DNA of 64,000 nucleotides, from sequence record OZ035762.1; one strand, 5' to 3'. This document shows, piece after piece, positions 48,372-58,344 of this stretch. Every line of letters begins with the position of its first letter. The first letter of the stretch is position 1. Source of the DNA: Felixounavirus LF82P1. The notes under the pieces are model-generated. The model saw only the letters and a program-made list of their open reading frames with translations. It did no database searches and was not told where the DNA came from. Both the position numbers and the translations under genes were made by a program.

Positions 48372-48774
48372 CCTCTGAAACTAAAAATGTAATACCACAT
48401 AAGTGTCTGTAACGACTATCATACTCGAATATCTTAAACAGATATTTACCATCATGATAAACCTGTTGCACTTCACCTTCTGCAACAATCTCGCCTGTAA
48501 TAAAATTTTTTAGTTTATACACATTACCAACCTTAGGTACTGTTTTCATCTCAGGCTCTTTTAGTGCTACGCCTATTTTTACATCACCGAGTAAATGAGA
48601 ACTCTCAAAAGCTACGTGTTTCATATAGGCTTCTGAGCATTCCCAAATAAAACAATGTACAAGAACCTTAGCAGCATGTCTTGAGCAGTTCAACTTATCA
48701 CAAATTTCTGTGTACATCTCATCTTTAGTAGAATTGTCAAGCATTGCTCTTTGCACTACTTCTTTAATTTTCAT
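48310..48774 (-). CDS. hypothetical protein
   Basis: ORF track 154 aa. Confidence 0.45.
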   Translation of the reverse strand: MKIKEVVQRAMLDNSTKDEMYTEICDKLNCSRHAAKVLVHCFIWECSEAYMKHVAFESSHLLGDVKIGVALKEPEMKTVPKVGNVYKLKNFITGEIVAEGEVQQVYHDGKYLFKIFEYDSRYRHLCGITFLVSEDDLIKNNSNKFAVPEYQVLR

Positions 48775-49192
48775 AAGCTCTCCGAATAACCCTATTAAGC
48801 ATCTCTAAAGTCAGCTTTCCAGATTCTAAATGTGGCATGATGAGTTTTAAAGCTTTTTCAACATCATTCACAACATCTATTATACCTTCTGCATAGGCTT
48901 CTACAAGGATATCTTTTACGTTTTGTTGGTTACCTTTTTGTGGTATCACTAGACGCATATCAAAATCATTTGCTTGAGGATGGTCACTGCCACGCCAATA
49001 ACCCTCTTTGTTAAAGCTGATGTAGTTACCGTGGTAAAAGTGTATACCATTAACTTTAAACTTTTCCAGTACAAGGCATTGAATGGGGTATTCAGTATAC
49101 CAATCCCTGACTCCTAGAGCCTTCACTGTTGCGATATACTTCTGTGTTTTTGCATCTATGATGTCAAGTTCTCGACCAGCAATGATTTGCAT
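48764..49192 (-). CDS. hypothetical protein
   Basis: ORF track 142 aa. Confidence 0.45.
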   Translation of the reverse strand: MQIIAGRELDIIDAKTQKYIATVKALGVRDWYTEYPIQCLVLEKFKVNGIHFYHGNYISFNKEGYWRGSDHPQANDFDMRLVIPQKGNQQNVKDILVEAYAEGIIDVVNDVEKALKLIMPHLESGKLTLEMLNRVIRRAYEN

Positions 49193-49246
49193 ATTCGCTA
49201 CCTTCTAAGTTCTATAAAGGGGCTATCAAGTAACCCCCTCAAGTTA

Positions 49247-49471
49247 CTACTCAGACTTTTCAGTCTTCTTATCGGATTTCTTGCTAGTCTTCTTCTCAGC
49301 TTTCTGCTCAGGTTCCTTCTCAGAAGTTGCCTTGATAACCATATCAAGAAGTTCTGATAAGTCACTCTTCAGAAGCGTTACAGGCTGCTCATTATAGAAG
49401 TTTTTGTCAAGATAAACTTTAAACTCTTCTATAGAAGGAAATCCAAAAATTGGTACAGGTGTCTTAATCAT
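49247..49471 (-). CDS. hypothetical small protein with Lys-rich C-terminus
   Basis: ORF track 74 aa. Confidence 0.4.
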   Translation of the reverse strand: MIKTPVPIFGFPSIEEFKVYLDKNFYNEQPVTLLKSDLSELLDMVIKATSEKEPEQKAEKKTSKKSDKKTEKSE

Positions 49472-49547
49472 TACTTAGTCTCTCCATAGGCATCTTTTAA
49501 GATTGCCTTGTTAATCATTTCAGCGATTGCAAAACGAATACATACAG

Positions 49548-50081
49548 CTATAATTGTAGGTTGCATTCTTTACTTACCTCTTCAAGTTTAACCTCAGAGT
49601 CCTTAAGTCGTTTCTTATGAACTCTGAATCTCATTAGTGAGATGATGATACCAACTAAAGGAGCAGTATACAAGTACCAGATATCATGTAGCTTTGCAGT
49701 AATCTGTGTAATGGTCAAGTCTTGAGCTATGTAGCTGATTGCTGATACGGCTAGTAATGTTGCTAAGAAGAAAACCAGTATCATAACAATATTCAGACAA
49801 CCTCTGGCGTGGTATTCATGCTTAATGCACTTATTCTTCTCTTCAACAACCCTGTTGTAGTCATTTGTAAAGTCTCTGTAGAAAGCTTTCAAGTATTCTT
49901 GAGTGTAGCCTTCAAAGCAACCTGTACCGTACCAATAATCACCACCAAAATGTGCTATGATACCAGTATCCCCATTTGGTTTGGTTACTCTTAAAGAAGT
50001 ATGGTGGCGAGTATCCTGATAGTCTATCTTATATCTTTCTTCGTAAATCATTTCCCAACCCCTCTCAATCGTTTGTTCCAT
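49548..50081 (-). CDS. membrane protein
   Basis: 177 aa; TM segment IVMILVFFLATLLAVSAISYI. Confidence 0.45.
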   Translation of the reverse strand: MEQTIERGWEMIYEERYKIDYQDTRHHTSLRVTKPNGDTGIIAHFGGDYWYGTGCFEGYTQEYLKAFYRDFTNDYNRVVEEKNKCIKHEYHARGCLNIVMILVFFLATLLAVSAISYIAQDLTITQITAKLHDIWYLYTAPLVGIIISLMRFRVHKKRLKDSEVKLEEVSKECNLQL

Positions 50082-50266
50082 TCAAGGTCAACAAATCTTT
50101 GCAGAACTTTTCCTCTAGGTGTTACACCTTTTAAATCTGCATCGTAACAATGGTAAAAGTCACCTTCAGCGTGCTTACCATAGCATTTTCTTATATTCTG
50201 GCTTCTGCGATACTGTTCTAACAAGGACAGTTTGTAGTAATCTTCAACTGTAGTTAGTTTTTTCAT
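50048..50266 (-). CDS. hypothetical protein
   Basis: ORF track 72 aa. Confidence 0.35.
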   Translation of the reverse strand: MKKLTTVEDYYKLSLLEQYRRSQNIRKCYGKHAEGDFYHCYDADLKGVTPRGKVLQRFVDLEWNKRLRGVGK

Positions 50267-50808
50267 TCTTTCACCATAGCATTTCTGAACTGGCGTTGTG
50301 TTTCTCTTGTAATTTCGTTTGGGGTAAACCCTGCTTTTAGCATATCTCTGAAAAGAACTTCTAAGTGGTCCCTCTCAATGATGTAAATAGCATTCTGAAT
50401 AGCTGTTTTACGCTCCTTCAGGTCACTACTAATTTCTTCGCACTTACTGGTAAGTTCTGTATCAACTTTCTTATAGACTGGCATAACATGTGCGTAGCAA
50501 CCTTTATTAGTCTCCATGAAAAATTTAAAAGATTCTTCAGAATCCTTTAGAGCAATCCCTATAAAGTTTTTGTAAGCACCTGTGAAAGATAAGGAATCAA
50601 TCTCAGCAGTTGAGTATACAGTCCCTGCACACAGTCTTGCAGAAGTACTGAATGTGTGGTTTGGTGTTGTGTCAAAGTCTAAGTTCTTCAGTGGTCGGAA
50701 ATAAACTGTACCATTGTGTGAGATGTGTGTTACAACAGCCTCAACACTCTTTGAAGGATTCTGTTTAACATACAAAATAATTTTATCGTGTTCTTTCACT
50801 TTAGCCAT
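50263..50808 (-). CDS. hypothetical protein
   Basis: ORF track 181 aa. Confidence 0.45.
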   Translation of the reverse strand: MAKVKEHDKIILYVKQNPSKSVEAVVTHISHNGTVYFRPLKNLDFDTTPNHTFSTSARLCAGTVYSTAEIDSLSFTGAYKNFIGIALKDSEESFKFFMETNKGCYAHVMPVYKKVDTELTSKCEEISSDLKERKTAIQNAIYIIERDHLEVLFRDMLKAGFTPNEITRETQRQFRNAMVKE

Positions 50809-50880
50809 ATCTACTCTCCAGAAACTAAAAAGGGAACTACCTCTCGATAGCTCCCATCATAGTCAATATTGTATACTCGG

Positions 50881-51462
50881 TCAAGAGTATTTTTTAGGCA
50901 GCAATGCACTGCGCTTGTTACTCTCTTCACTCAATAGTGCAATGAAATCATCACTTTTACCTTTCCACGGGCTGAATGAAGGGATATGTTCGCGGATAGC
51001 CTCAATCACTGTTTTAAGTGCTGTGTTCTTCATCCACCAATCAGAATCTGCTGATGCTACCACGTAGTATCCACCGTCATCAGTTAAAATTGGCTCTGAA
51101 ATACATGGCGAAATCAAAGTGGTGATGATTGAACCATTGTTCATGTAGTATGTACGCTTAATAACCTTTTCAAGAAGCTTGTGTAGGTCACCAAACAGTG
51201 TGACAAGCTCTTTATGGTCAATGTCTTTTTCGAGGCTTGCTCGATACTTCAATAGTGCAGCATCAACTTCTCTGTCATTGAATTTGAAGTATTGTACTTC
51301 ATCAACAAGGCAAACACTGATATTGTTGACATTCATAGTCAACTTACAGACTTTTGCAGGAGAATTGATACTTGGTTGAAAAAGTGCAACACAACCTTCA
51401 ATGTTCCCAAAATGTTGGACTAGTGTTACTTGTGGGGTAATATTCTGTTGCTCTTCGGACAT
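50881..51462 (-). CDS. hypothetical protein
   Basis: ORF track 193 aa. Confidence 0.45.
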   Translation of the reverse strand: MSEEQQNITPQVTLVQHFGNIEGCVALFQPSINSPAKVCKLTMNVNNISVCLVDEVQYFKFNDREVDAALLKYRASLEKDIDHKELVTLFGDLHKLLEKVIKRTYYMNNGSIITTLISPCISEPILTDDGGYYVVASADSDWWMKNTALKTVIEAIREHIPSFSPWKGKSDDFIALLSEESNKRSALLPKKYS

Positions 51463-51806
51463 TACAGTTTCCTCATTAAATACTTTTTAAGTTGTGTGTT
51501 AGGTTTCTCAAAAACTTCTATAGAAGATATCTTGACAGATTCACCACGCATACCTGTATGTTTGAATATATAGTACTCTAGCATTCCTATATACTTTGCT
51601 GGTAAGTCATGTTTGACATACACCGTTACAGAATCTTCAAATTCAACAACCTTTGTACCATCTTTGTAGTTAAACTCTTTAGGATGATTGTAGTTATCTA
51701 TGTCATACATTAAAAAGAGTCTTTTACGTTGTAAGTCAAGCTTATTTGTTAAAGACTCTTTGATATCTGAGAAGTTTTTGTACACTGTGACATGGAGCTT
51801 ACTCAT
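51462..51806 (-). CDS. hypothetical protein
   Basis: ORF track 114 aa. Confidence 0.45.
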   Translation of the reverse strand: MSKLHVTVYKNFSDIKESLTNKLDLQRKRLFLMYDIDNYNHPKEFNYKDGTKVVEFEDSVTVYVKHDLPAKYIGMLEYYIFKHTGMRGESVKISSIEVFEKPNTQLKKYLMRKL

Positions 51807-52092
51807 CGTTAAACTCTCTGACGAAGAAATAGTTGACTTTGTTATTACCTACCATAAGGTCAAAGCAGGTATTCTCAAAAGGTTTGTTGTAGGCATCATA
51901 GGTAGTGTATGTATCAGCTACTTGTTTAGTATTGAGCTTTTTACTTGATGGGTTTAAGAGGCCACCATACAGTTTCTTGATAGCCTCTTCTACAACAGAC
52001 CAGATAATTTCGTCAGTAATTTCTTCGTACAGGTCAAGTTCACGCTCTAGTGAGAAGTCACAAATAGGGAAAACAACCTGTACTTTACTCAT
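51799..52092 (-). CDS. hypothetical protein
   Basis: ORF track 97 aa. Confidence 0.45.
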   Translation of the reverse strand: MSKVQVVFPICDFSLERELDLYEEITDEIIWSVVEEAIKKLYGGLLNPSSKKLNTKQVADTYTTYDAYNKPFENTCFDLMVGNNKVNYFFVREFNDE

Positions 52093-52481
52093 TAACGAAT
52101 AACCTGTGAGACTTGAATTGCTTCGGTTACTGACAAGTCACCTACTTTCTCTTCTTTGATAAAAGTGAAGGTAAGTTCAACGGGTTCTTGCTCTTCTTGC
52201 TCAACTGGAATACCGTTAAGCTCATCGCGGATTGATTGAGTTGTCCAGTCTTCTCCACCATCTGGATAATGGATGGCATAAAGAGGAAACTCCATATCAT
52301 ACCAGCCAAATACAGGGCAACCATCTTCATCATCTCGCACTCTGCGAAGGGTGCTACCTGAGTCTGTAAAACGAAGACTAATATTACCGTTACACTCAAA
52401 AATTATTGCATCAGCGAGACCAATATCTTCTCGACCATCATGAGCAAAAGTGTCAACTTTTACTTGAATCTCTTTATTCAT
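52092..52481 (-). CDS. hypothetical protein
   Basis: ORF track 129 aa. Confidence 0.45.
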   Translation of the reverse strand: MNKEIQVKVDTFAHDGREDIGLADAIIFECNGNISLRFTDSGSTLRRVRDDEDGCPVFGWYDMEFPLYAIHYPDGGEDWTTQSIRDELNGIPVEQEEQEPVELTFTFIKEEKVGDLSVTEAIQVSQVIR

Positions 52482-52872
52482 AAAAACCTCTCTCTGCTTG
52501 TTCGATTTTTGCTCTTAAAGTTTCGCAATGCTGTAAATGGTAGTTAGCTTCTTGTTCATGTGTTGCTAACTGCCTTTCCAGAACAGATTTATAGTAACCT
52601 GCAAGTTGCTCTTTTGTCAATGGGTGCTCTGAAATAATATCAAGTCCACTTTCACCAAGAGGGTTGAATTGTCCATGTTCGTTGACATTGTAAGTCTCAA
52701 ACTTGAACAGGCCATTGTTCACAGACTCAATAGGCGACAGTTCAACAAGTTCTACAGTAAACCGTGTATACACCTTGTCGCCTCTTGAAACAACATTGTT
52801 TCCTACAATGCGTACAAGAGAACCATTACGAGTGTATTTAAAAGTTCCAAAGTCACTAGCCCAAAGTTTCAT
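52474..52872 (-). CDS. hypothetical protein
   Basis: ORF track 132 aa. Confidence 0.45.
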   Translation of the reverse strand: MKLWASDFGTFKYTRNGSLVRIVGNNVVSRGDKVYTRFTVELVELSPIESVNNGLFKFETYNVNEHGQFNPLGESGLDIISEHPLTKEQLAGYYKSVLERQLATHEQEANYHLQHCETLRAKIEQAERGFYE

Positions 52873-52891
52873 AGTTTTCTCCTTAGAAAAT

Positions 52892-52913
52892 AAAAAAGGC
52901 TCCCGAAGGAGCC
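52892..52913 (-). terminator. rho-independent terminator (minus strand)
   Basis: GGCTCC-TTCG-GGAGCC hairpin with T-run on minus strand, downstream of lysozyme gene. Confidence 0.55.
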
Positions 52914-52923
52914 TATGAAGATA

Positions 52924-53388
52924 TTACTTTGGATATACACTGTCAAGATAAATGTCAGCTTCCATTCTACGTCTGTTTTTCAGGCCGTTTGAAGTGACTT
53001 TCTGACCTTTGACTGTAACCTTGTTCCACCACTGCATAGCCTCTGCACAACCTACCTTATTACCAGCGTTGTGGCGCTTGATAAATGTGGAATCCTGCAT
53101 AGCTGTGATACCAATGTTGTATGTTTCACTTACAAGTGCGTCAAACTCATTCTGAGAAGTTGGAACCTTGATGGCTTTGTTCACTGCTGCAACGAACTTT
53201 TCAACATCTGCGAGAAGATACTGTTCAGCTTGTTCAGCGGTAATCTTCATACCCATCTTAACAGGTTTACCAGCAATACGGATAGTCCCGTACCCAATTG
53301 TTGGGATTCCAGCAGAATCTTCGTAAGCCTCTAGCTTAAGACCTTCAAAGAACTTAATAGCTTCTAAACCTTTTCTTGAGAGTTGCAT
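52924..53388 (-). CDS. lysozyme (T4 e-type, glycoside hydrolase family 24)
   Basis: 154 aa; N-terminal GLEAIKFFEGLKLEAYEDSAGIPTIGYGT with catalytic Glu/Asp/Thr pattern. Confidence 0.75.
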   Translation of the reverse strand: MQLSRKGLEAIKFFEGLKLEAYEDSAGIPTIGYGTIRIAGKPVKMGMKITAEQAEQYLLADVEKFVAAVNKAIKVPTSQNEFDALVSETYNIGITAMQDSTFIKRHNAGNKVGCAEAMQWWNKVTVKGQKVTSNGLKNRRRMEADIYLDSVYPK

Positions 53389-54521
53389 TATGCCTCCCCT
53401 GCTGGGTTAACAGTAACTGTTGCTGCATTAGATGTTACAGAACCACCTGCACCAGTAACTACACAGGTGTAGCTTCCTGCATCAGCAGCGGTTGCACCTT
53501 CTTTGGTGTAAGTTGCAGTAGTTGCATCGAGGATGTCTTCCTCACCTTTCTTCCACTGGTAACCTGTCGCACCTGTTGCCACAACATTCAGCGTTAAGGT
53601 ATCACCTTCAGTGATTTCTTGATTGGTTGGCTGTTGAGTGATTACTGGAAGTGCATTCACAGTTACTACAGCAGCATTAGATTCCACTACACCACCTGCA
53701 CCTGTTACAACGCAAGTGTATGAACCAGCATCTGCTGGCAGCGCACCAGACTTGCTATAGGTAGCATCTGTAGCCGAAGGAATGTCAGAGCCATCTTTCT
53801 TCCACTGGTAGCCTGTTGCACCTGTTGCAGTCACTTCCAAGTTAATGCTTTCACCCTCATTGATGGTCTGGCTAGAAGGTTGCTGTGTAATCACAGGCAG
53901 TGCGTTGACAGTAACTGTTGCCGCATCTGAGGTAACACTTGTCCCAGCCTCTCCAGACACAACACAAGTATAGGAACCAGCATCAGAAGGTGCTACAGAC
54001 TGTTTTGTGTAGGTTGCAGATGTGGCGCTAGTGATATCCTCACCATTCTTTTTCCATTGATATCCAGTGGCATTAGTTGCAATAACGCTTAGGGTAAGTG
54101 TGCCACCTTCATTTACTGTTTGGTTGGTTGGTTGCTGAGTGATTGATGGTGGCTTGATAGCATCCTTCAGCTTAGCATTCAACATTGAGAATGGCTTAAC
54201 TCTTGCCAACCATTCACAATAAACTGTATCAACGTCTTTACCATTGATAATTGCATATTGTAAGTCCATGAAGAAGTCAGAAGTTCTCATTTGAGCGCCG
54301 ATGCTGTAAAGCAACTCATCACTAAATGGGACTTTATAGTCGGGTTTGTAGTCAAACTTCTCAACTTCTGCAATATCAGCTTCAGGCCAATATGAACTAT
54401 AGGTAAGTGGTAAAATAGCCTCTTGATATGTTCTAAAATCATATCTCTTACCAGCCTTTACATTTGCAATGAAACCCTTCACAAACTCTTTGAAGTCTGG
54501 GTAAGTCTTTGCTTTAATCAT
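53388..54521 (-). CDS. protein with three tandem Ig-like domains
   Basis: 377 aa; three repeats ending ..TGATGYQWKK..DAGSYTCVV..; N-terminal domain paralogous to 54518-54889. Confidence 0.55.
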   Translation of the reverse strand: MIKAKTYPDFKEFVKGFIANVKAGKRYDFRTYQEAILPLTYSSYWPEADIAEVEKFDYKPDYKVPFSDELLYSIGAQMRTSDFFMDLQYAIINGKDVDTVYCEWLARVKPFSMLNAKLKDAIKPPSITQQPTNQTVNEGGTLTLSVIATNATGYQWKKNGEDITSATSATYTKQSVAPSDAGSYTCVVSGEAGTSVTSDAATVTVNALPVITQQPSSQTINEGESINLEVTATGATGYQWKKDGSDIPSATDATYSKSGALPADAGSYTCVVTGAGGVVESNAAVVTVNALPVITQQPTNQEITEGDTLTLNVVATGATGYQWKKGEEDILDATTATYTKEGATAADAGSYTCVVTGAGGSVTSNAATVTVNPAGEA

Positions 54522-54889
54522 TTCTTTTTAGCCTCTAAATGTGCGTTTAGTCTAAAATAACCTTTGTGATGCGGAGATACATCACCAACAACAATACCTT
54601 TAACCTTATAGCCTTTACCAATTACATACTGGATATCCATAAGGAATCTTCCAAGACCAACAATATGGAACATTGGATATAATAGATTCTCAGAATCTGG
54701 AATATTGATTTCAGGTTTGTAGGTGCGTTGTTCGCTTGTTGGTGTAATATCTTCTTCAGGCCATTTACTGAGTCTCCATGTCAAAGGTGTTGGGATAACA
54801 TCATTAAGGTTGTACCTTTCACCATTTTGCACGGAATTGATATAGGATTGTAGGAAGCAATAAAAGTCTTTTGCACTCTTAGCTTTCAT
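54518..54889 (-). CDS. hypothetical protein, paralog of N-terminal domain of Ig-like protein
   Basis: 123 aa; shared N-terminal pattern with 53388-54521. Confidence 0.45.
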   Translation of the reverse strand: MKAKSAKDFYCFLQSYINSVQNGERYNLNDVIPTPLTWRLSKWPEEDITPTSEQRTYKPEINIPDSENLLYPMFHIVGLGRFLMDIQYVIGKGYKVKGIVVGDVSPHHKGYFRLNAHLEAKKK

Positions 54890-54936
54890 TAAATATCCTT
54901 ATAAATAGTTAAAGGGGCATCAGCCCCTATTCACAC

Positions 54937-55527
54937 TTAAGCTTTGGTCTTAAGTAGGTTCTTAAGTTTTTTAAGATTCATACTCTCATCAAACTTAAAA
55001 CCAAATCCATTGACATAATCAATGAACTCGGATTTCTTACTGAGTGACAATGCGTAACTCATATCAAAGTTCTTACTTGTTTCTGCGTCTGGACTAGAGT
55101 TCACATCAAATGAAATTTCTGTAGGCTCTTGCTTACTTTTCCTCATATTATCAACCAACAAACATGTATAGTTTGCTGGATAGAAGTTTACACTACCATC
55201 AACGTAGCTGTACTTATTATTATGGATAAGGTTGGAAAATACCTTAAGGAATGTTTCTGAGTCGTGGCAAACAAGTTTGAATTGGCTGCTCTCTCCAAGC
55301 GCAACTAATGAGTACGGACTTTCACTATCAAAGTCATAATTTGGATTCGATGCCGTCACTGTTACACGCATCAAGTTATTAGCAATAGTCTTCTGTTTAA
55401 AAGAATTTTGAACATAGTGAAGACCTCTATCACACTGATTGACTAGCTCTTTAAGTAGGTCATTTGCATATGGTGAATTAATTGATACAGAGCCATCACT
55501 ATTGTAATTAAAACTTACTGTTAACAT
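54937..55527 (-). CDS. hypothetical protein
   Basis: ORF track 196 aa. Confidence 0.45.
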   Translation of the reverse strand: MLTVSFNYNSDGSVSINSPYANDLLKELVNQCDRGLHYVQNSFKQKTIANNLMRVTVTASNPNYDFDSESPYSLVALGESSQFKLVCHDSETFLKVFSNLIHNNKYSYVDGSVNFYPANYTCLLVDNMRKSKQEPTEISFDVNSSPDAETSKNFDMSYALSLSKKSEFIDYVNGFGFKFDESMNLKKLKNLLKTKA

Positions 55528-55754
55528 TTTTCAGTTCTCCTGCGATTTATGATTTTGCTGCAATAGAGAAACGAAGTAAACTCACTGGAAGAAACCATTA
55601 AGTGTTGTTCACTAGATTGAGCCATTGCCCTGAAATACATTCCAGTCAAAGCATCATAGTGACTATTCTTTCCAATTGAGGTTATATAGCCATGACTCTT
55701 TGCAGTTTGATATAAATCTATAATATCTGCGATTTCTAATTGGGAACTACACAT
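55521..55754 (-). CDS. hypothetical protein
   Basis: ORF track 77 aa. Confidence 0.35.
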   Translation of the reverse strand: MCSSQLEIADIIDLYQTAKSHGYITSIGKNSHYDALTGMYFRAMAQSSEQHLMVSSSEFTSFLYCSKIINRRRTEKC

Positions 55755-55918
55755 AGATAATCCTCTTGTCTTCTGTAATTTTGAAAGAACAGGTACAGAC
55801 CAATTTCAGAGGATGAATAGTAGATTGACTCTACCCTTTTTGATTCCTTACAGTGATTGGTATTCTTACCTTTCTTCGGTTTATTTGATTTTCTCATTAA
55901 GTCTCCTTTGTAGAACAA
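55736..55918 (-). CDS. hypothetical basic protein
   Basis: ORF track 60 aa. Confidence 0.3.
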   Translation of the reverse strand: MFYKGDLMRKSNKPKKGKNTNHCKESKRVESIYYSSSEIGLYLFFQNYRRQEDYLCVVPN

Positions 55919-56146
55919 GGCAGACCTACAGCTTTAAGTAAGATGGTACAGTAATCCATACAACAAGTCAAGAACTATTGCAAGTTAAAAAAGTTGTTGA
56001 CAAAGTACTTGACAAGGTGTAGGCTTATAAATACTTAGAAGATTACTTAAAAGGTTCCTCTAAAAAGGCTATTTAAACAGATATCTTTCTGGATATCTAT
56101 CTTTTATCTTAAAAGCCTTTTAAGAGGTCTTATAAGAGGCATACCA

Positions 56147-56518
56147 ATGAAAAACAGAACAAACAAAGGCCAGTTTAAAAAAGGCCAATCTGGAAACCCA
56201 TCTGGAAGACCAAAAGGCTCTCGCAACAAAAGCTCACTTGTAAAAGCTCAACTGACCATTGACAATTCTGCTGAGTTTGCTGCAAAGTTATTTGAAGCGA
56301 TTGTTACAAGGGATGCTGCTAAGCTTGCAGAGTTCGGGTTAAACACAGATGACGTAACCATCAAGAGTATGATTGAGGTCGGTAAAACTATCTTTACTCA
56401 CTCAGCAGGTGAGATGAAAGCACTTGCAGCAGACACTAAGAAGACTCCTGATAATGGTGGTCAACAACAGACAGATAACAAACCAACGTTCTCTGCTGTA
56501 GCGACTCTTAAAAAATAA
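56147..56518 (+). CDS. hypothetical protein with GNPSGRPKG motif
   Basis: 123 aa; N-terminal KKGQSGNPSGRPKGSRNK. Confidence 0.45.
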   Translation: MKNRTNKGQFKKGQSGNPSGRPKGSRNKSSLVKAQLTIDNSAEFAAKLFEAIVTRDAAKLAEFGLNTDDVTIKSMIEVGKTIFTHSAGEMKALAADTKKTPDNGGQQQTDNKPTFSAVATLKK

Positions 56519-56599
56519 TTTTAAAAGGTGTTGACAGACTCTATAAAGTTGCTCTAAAGTCTGTCACATCAAACAACAAATGAGAGAAGAGAGTAAAAT

Positions 56600-58015
56600 A
56601 TGAGCGAATTATTTAAACATGCGCACCTTCATGCAGGTCGAACTGAAAATGGTGCTGTAAACCATACTTCATCAATGTCTGCTCTTGTAGACTTTTACAA
56701 AGCTGCTGGTTCAAGCCGTAGCAATGTAGAAATCTTACCAGACCTGTTCTACAAAGCTTTGCGTGAGGATGTTGATGTTGCAGTTCGTATTTTACTGCAT
56801 ATGCGAGATGTACGAGAAGGTATGGGTGAGCGTAAAGCCTTCAGAACTGTTTTGCTTCAAGCAATTGAAGATAAAGTTTTAGAGCCTACACAGGTTCTTC
56901 GCATTATGGATAAGATTGCAGAACTTGGTCGTTTTGATGACTTCAAAATCTTCGTAGGTACTCGTTTCGAGACAGATGCCTTCAAACATTTAGAAGCAGC
57001 ATTACTAGACCCTGCAACAGCAGGTTTGGCAGCTAAGTGGTTACCACGAGTAAAACCACGTCACAAACAGTTTGTAAAACGTTTCTGCAAGTTTGCAAAC
57101 TTGAGTGAGAAGGAGTATCGCACACTGTTATCTGCACTGTCTGATACGGTTGAGCAAAAAATCTCTGCTAATGAGTTTGGTAAGATTGACTACAGTAAGA
57201 TTCCTTCACTTGCTGCTGCACGTTACCAAAAACTCTTTAACCGTAAAGATGGAGAACGCTACAAAGCTTACATTGAGTCCTTATCAAAGGGCGAGACTAA
57301 GATTAATGCTGGTGCTGTTTATCCATACGATGTGATTAAATCTGTTAAGTATGGTAATGCAGATGTTGCTAATGAGCAGTGGAAAGCACTACCAAACTGG
57401 ATGGCAGAGGGTGAAAACATTCTATGTATGTCTGATGTTTCAAGTTCAATGTCTTGGGTGAATTTTGGTTCAATTACTGCTCTTGATATTGGTGTTTCAC
57501 TTGCATTGTATGTAGCAGAACGTAATACAGGTTGCTTTAAGAATGAGTTGATGGTTTATTCAACAAACCCTCACTTCATTGAACTGAGTGGTGATTTACG
57601 AAACCGTCATCGTCAGGTGATGCGACACGTTGAATATGGCTCAACTAACTTACAAGCAGCTTTTGACCGTATTCTTGAGACAGGTAAAAGAAACAACTTG
57701 ACTCAGAAAGATATGCCAAGTAAGCTTATCATCTTCTCCGATATGGAGTTCAATCAGGTTGATGGAGCTAACGGTCGTACAAACTTTGAAGCAATTCAGA
57801 GTAAGTACAAAAAAGCTGGATATGAGATGCCACAACTGGTATTCTGGTACTTAGCAAACCGTAATGGTACTTGCGAAGTATCTGTTAAGGATAACGGTGT
57901 AGCAATGGTATCAGGGTTCTCTCCAGCCACTTTAAAAGCTCTGCTTGGTGGTGAGAAGTTTGACCCAATCAGTGTAATGCTCAAAGCAGTAATGATTGAC
58001 CGTTATATCTGGTAA
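56600..58015 (+). CDS. Ro60-like protein (TROVE-like N-terminus + von Willebrand A domain)
   Basis: 471 aa; C-terminal vWA MIDAS motif CMSDVSSSM then ..GSTN.. and ..FSDMEF..; N-terminal helical region resembling TROVE. Confidence 0.55.
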   Translation: MSELFKHAHLHAGRTENGAVNHTSSMSALVDFYKAAGSSRSNVEILPDLFYKALREDVDVAVRILLHMRDVREGMGERKAFRTVLLQAIEDKVLEPTQVLRIMDKIAELGRFDDFKIFVGTRFETDAFKHLEAALLDPATAGLAAKWLPRVKPRHKQFVKRFCKFANLSEKEYRTLLSALSDTVEQKISANEFGKIDYSKIPSLAAARYQKLFNRKDGERYKAYIESLSKGETKINAGAVYPYDVIKSVKYGNADVANEQWKALPNWMAEGENILCMSDVSSSMSWVNFGSITALDIGVSLALYVAERNTGCFKNELMVYSTNPHFIELSGDLRNRHRQVMRHVEYGSTNLQAAFDRILETGKRNNLTQKDMPSKLIIFSDMEFNQVDGANGRTNFEAIQSKYKKAGYEMPQLVFWYLANRNGTCEVSVKDNGVAMVSGFSPATLKALLGGEKFDPISVMLKAVMIDRYIW

Positions 58016-58033
58016 AAAGTTTTAAAAAGGGTA

Positions 58034-58062
58034 TTGACAATGTGTTTAATACCCTTTAATAT
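58034..58062 (+). promoter_or_regulatory. sigma70-like promoter TTGACA-N17-TAATAT upstream of tRNA cluster
   Basis: Consensus -35, 17-nt spacer, TAATAT -10. Confidence 0.5.
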
Positions 58063-58180
58063 GTTCTACATAGAAGCGAAATGAGAGCTTTTCTAAGATA
58101 CTGAAAAATATTTTAAAAAAGCTCTTGACAACCACTAAAAAATAATGTTAAAGTGGTTACATAGAGTTTGAAAAGTTTAT

Positions 58181-58257
58181 CTCTGTTTAGCTCAGCTTGG
58201 TAGAGCGTTCCGTTTGGGGCGGTAAGGCCGGAGGTTCAAGTCCTCCAACAGAGACCA
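58181..58257 (+). tRNA. tRNA-Pro (anticodon TGG)
   Basis: acceptor CTCTGTT/AACAGAG, anticodon loop TTTGGGG, T-arm GGAGG-TTCAAGT-CCTCC, CCA encoded. Confidence 0.8.
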
Positions 58258-58264
58258 AATTAAT

Positions 58265-58342
58265 GTTCCAGTAGACAAAATGGTATAGTCACCACTCTTT
58301 CAAAGTGGACATCTGAGGGTTCAAATCCCTTCTGGAACGCCA
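58265..58342 (+). tRNA. tRNA-Glu (anticodon TTC)
   Basis: acceptor GTTCCAG/CTGGAAC, anticodon stem CCACT/AGTGG loop CTTTCAA, T-loop TTCAAAT, CCA. Confidence 0.75.
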
Positions 58343-58344
58343 GT

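Noticed and set aside
56600-58015. Terminase large subunit as an alternative call for the 471-aa protein
   Set aside because: No Walker A/B ATPase motifs; instead a clear vWA MIDAS motif, so the Ro60-like/vWA interpretation is preferred.
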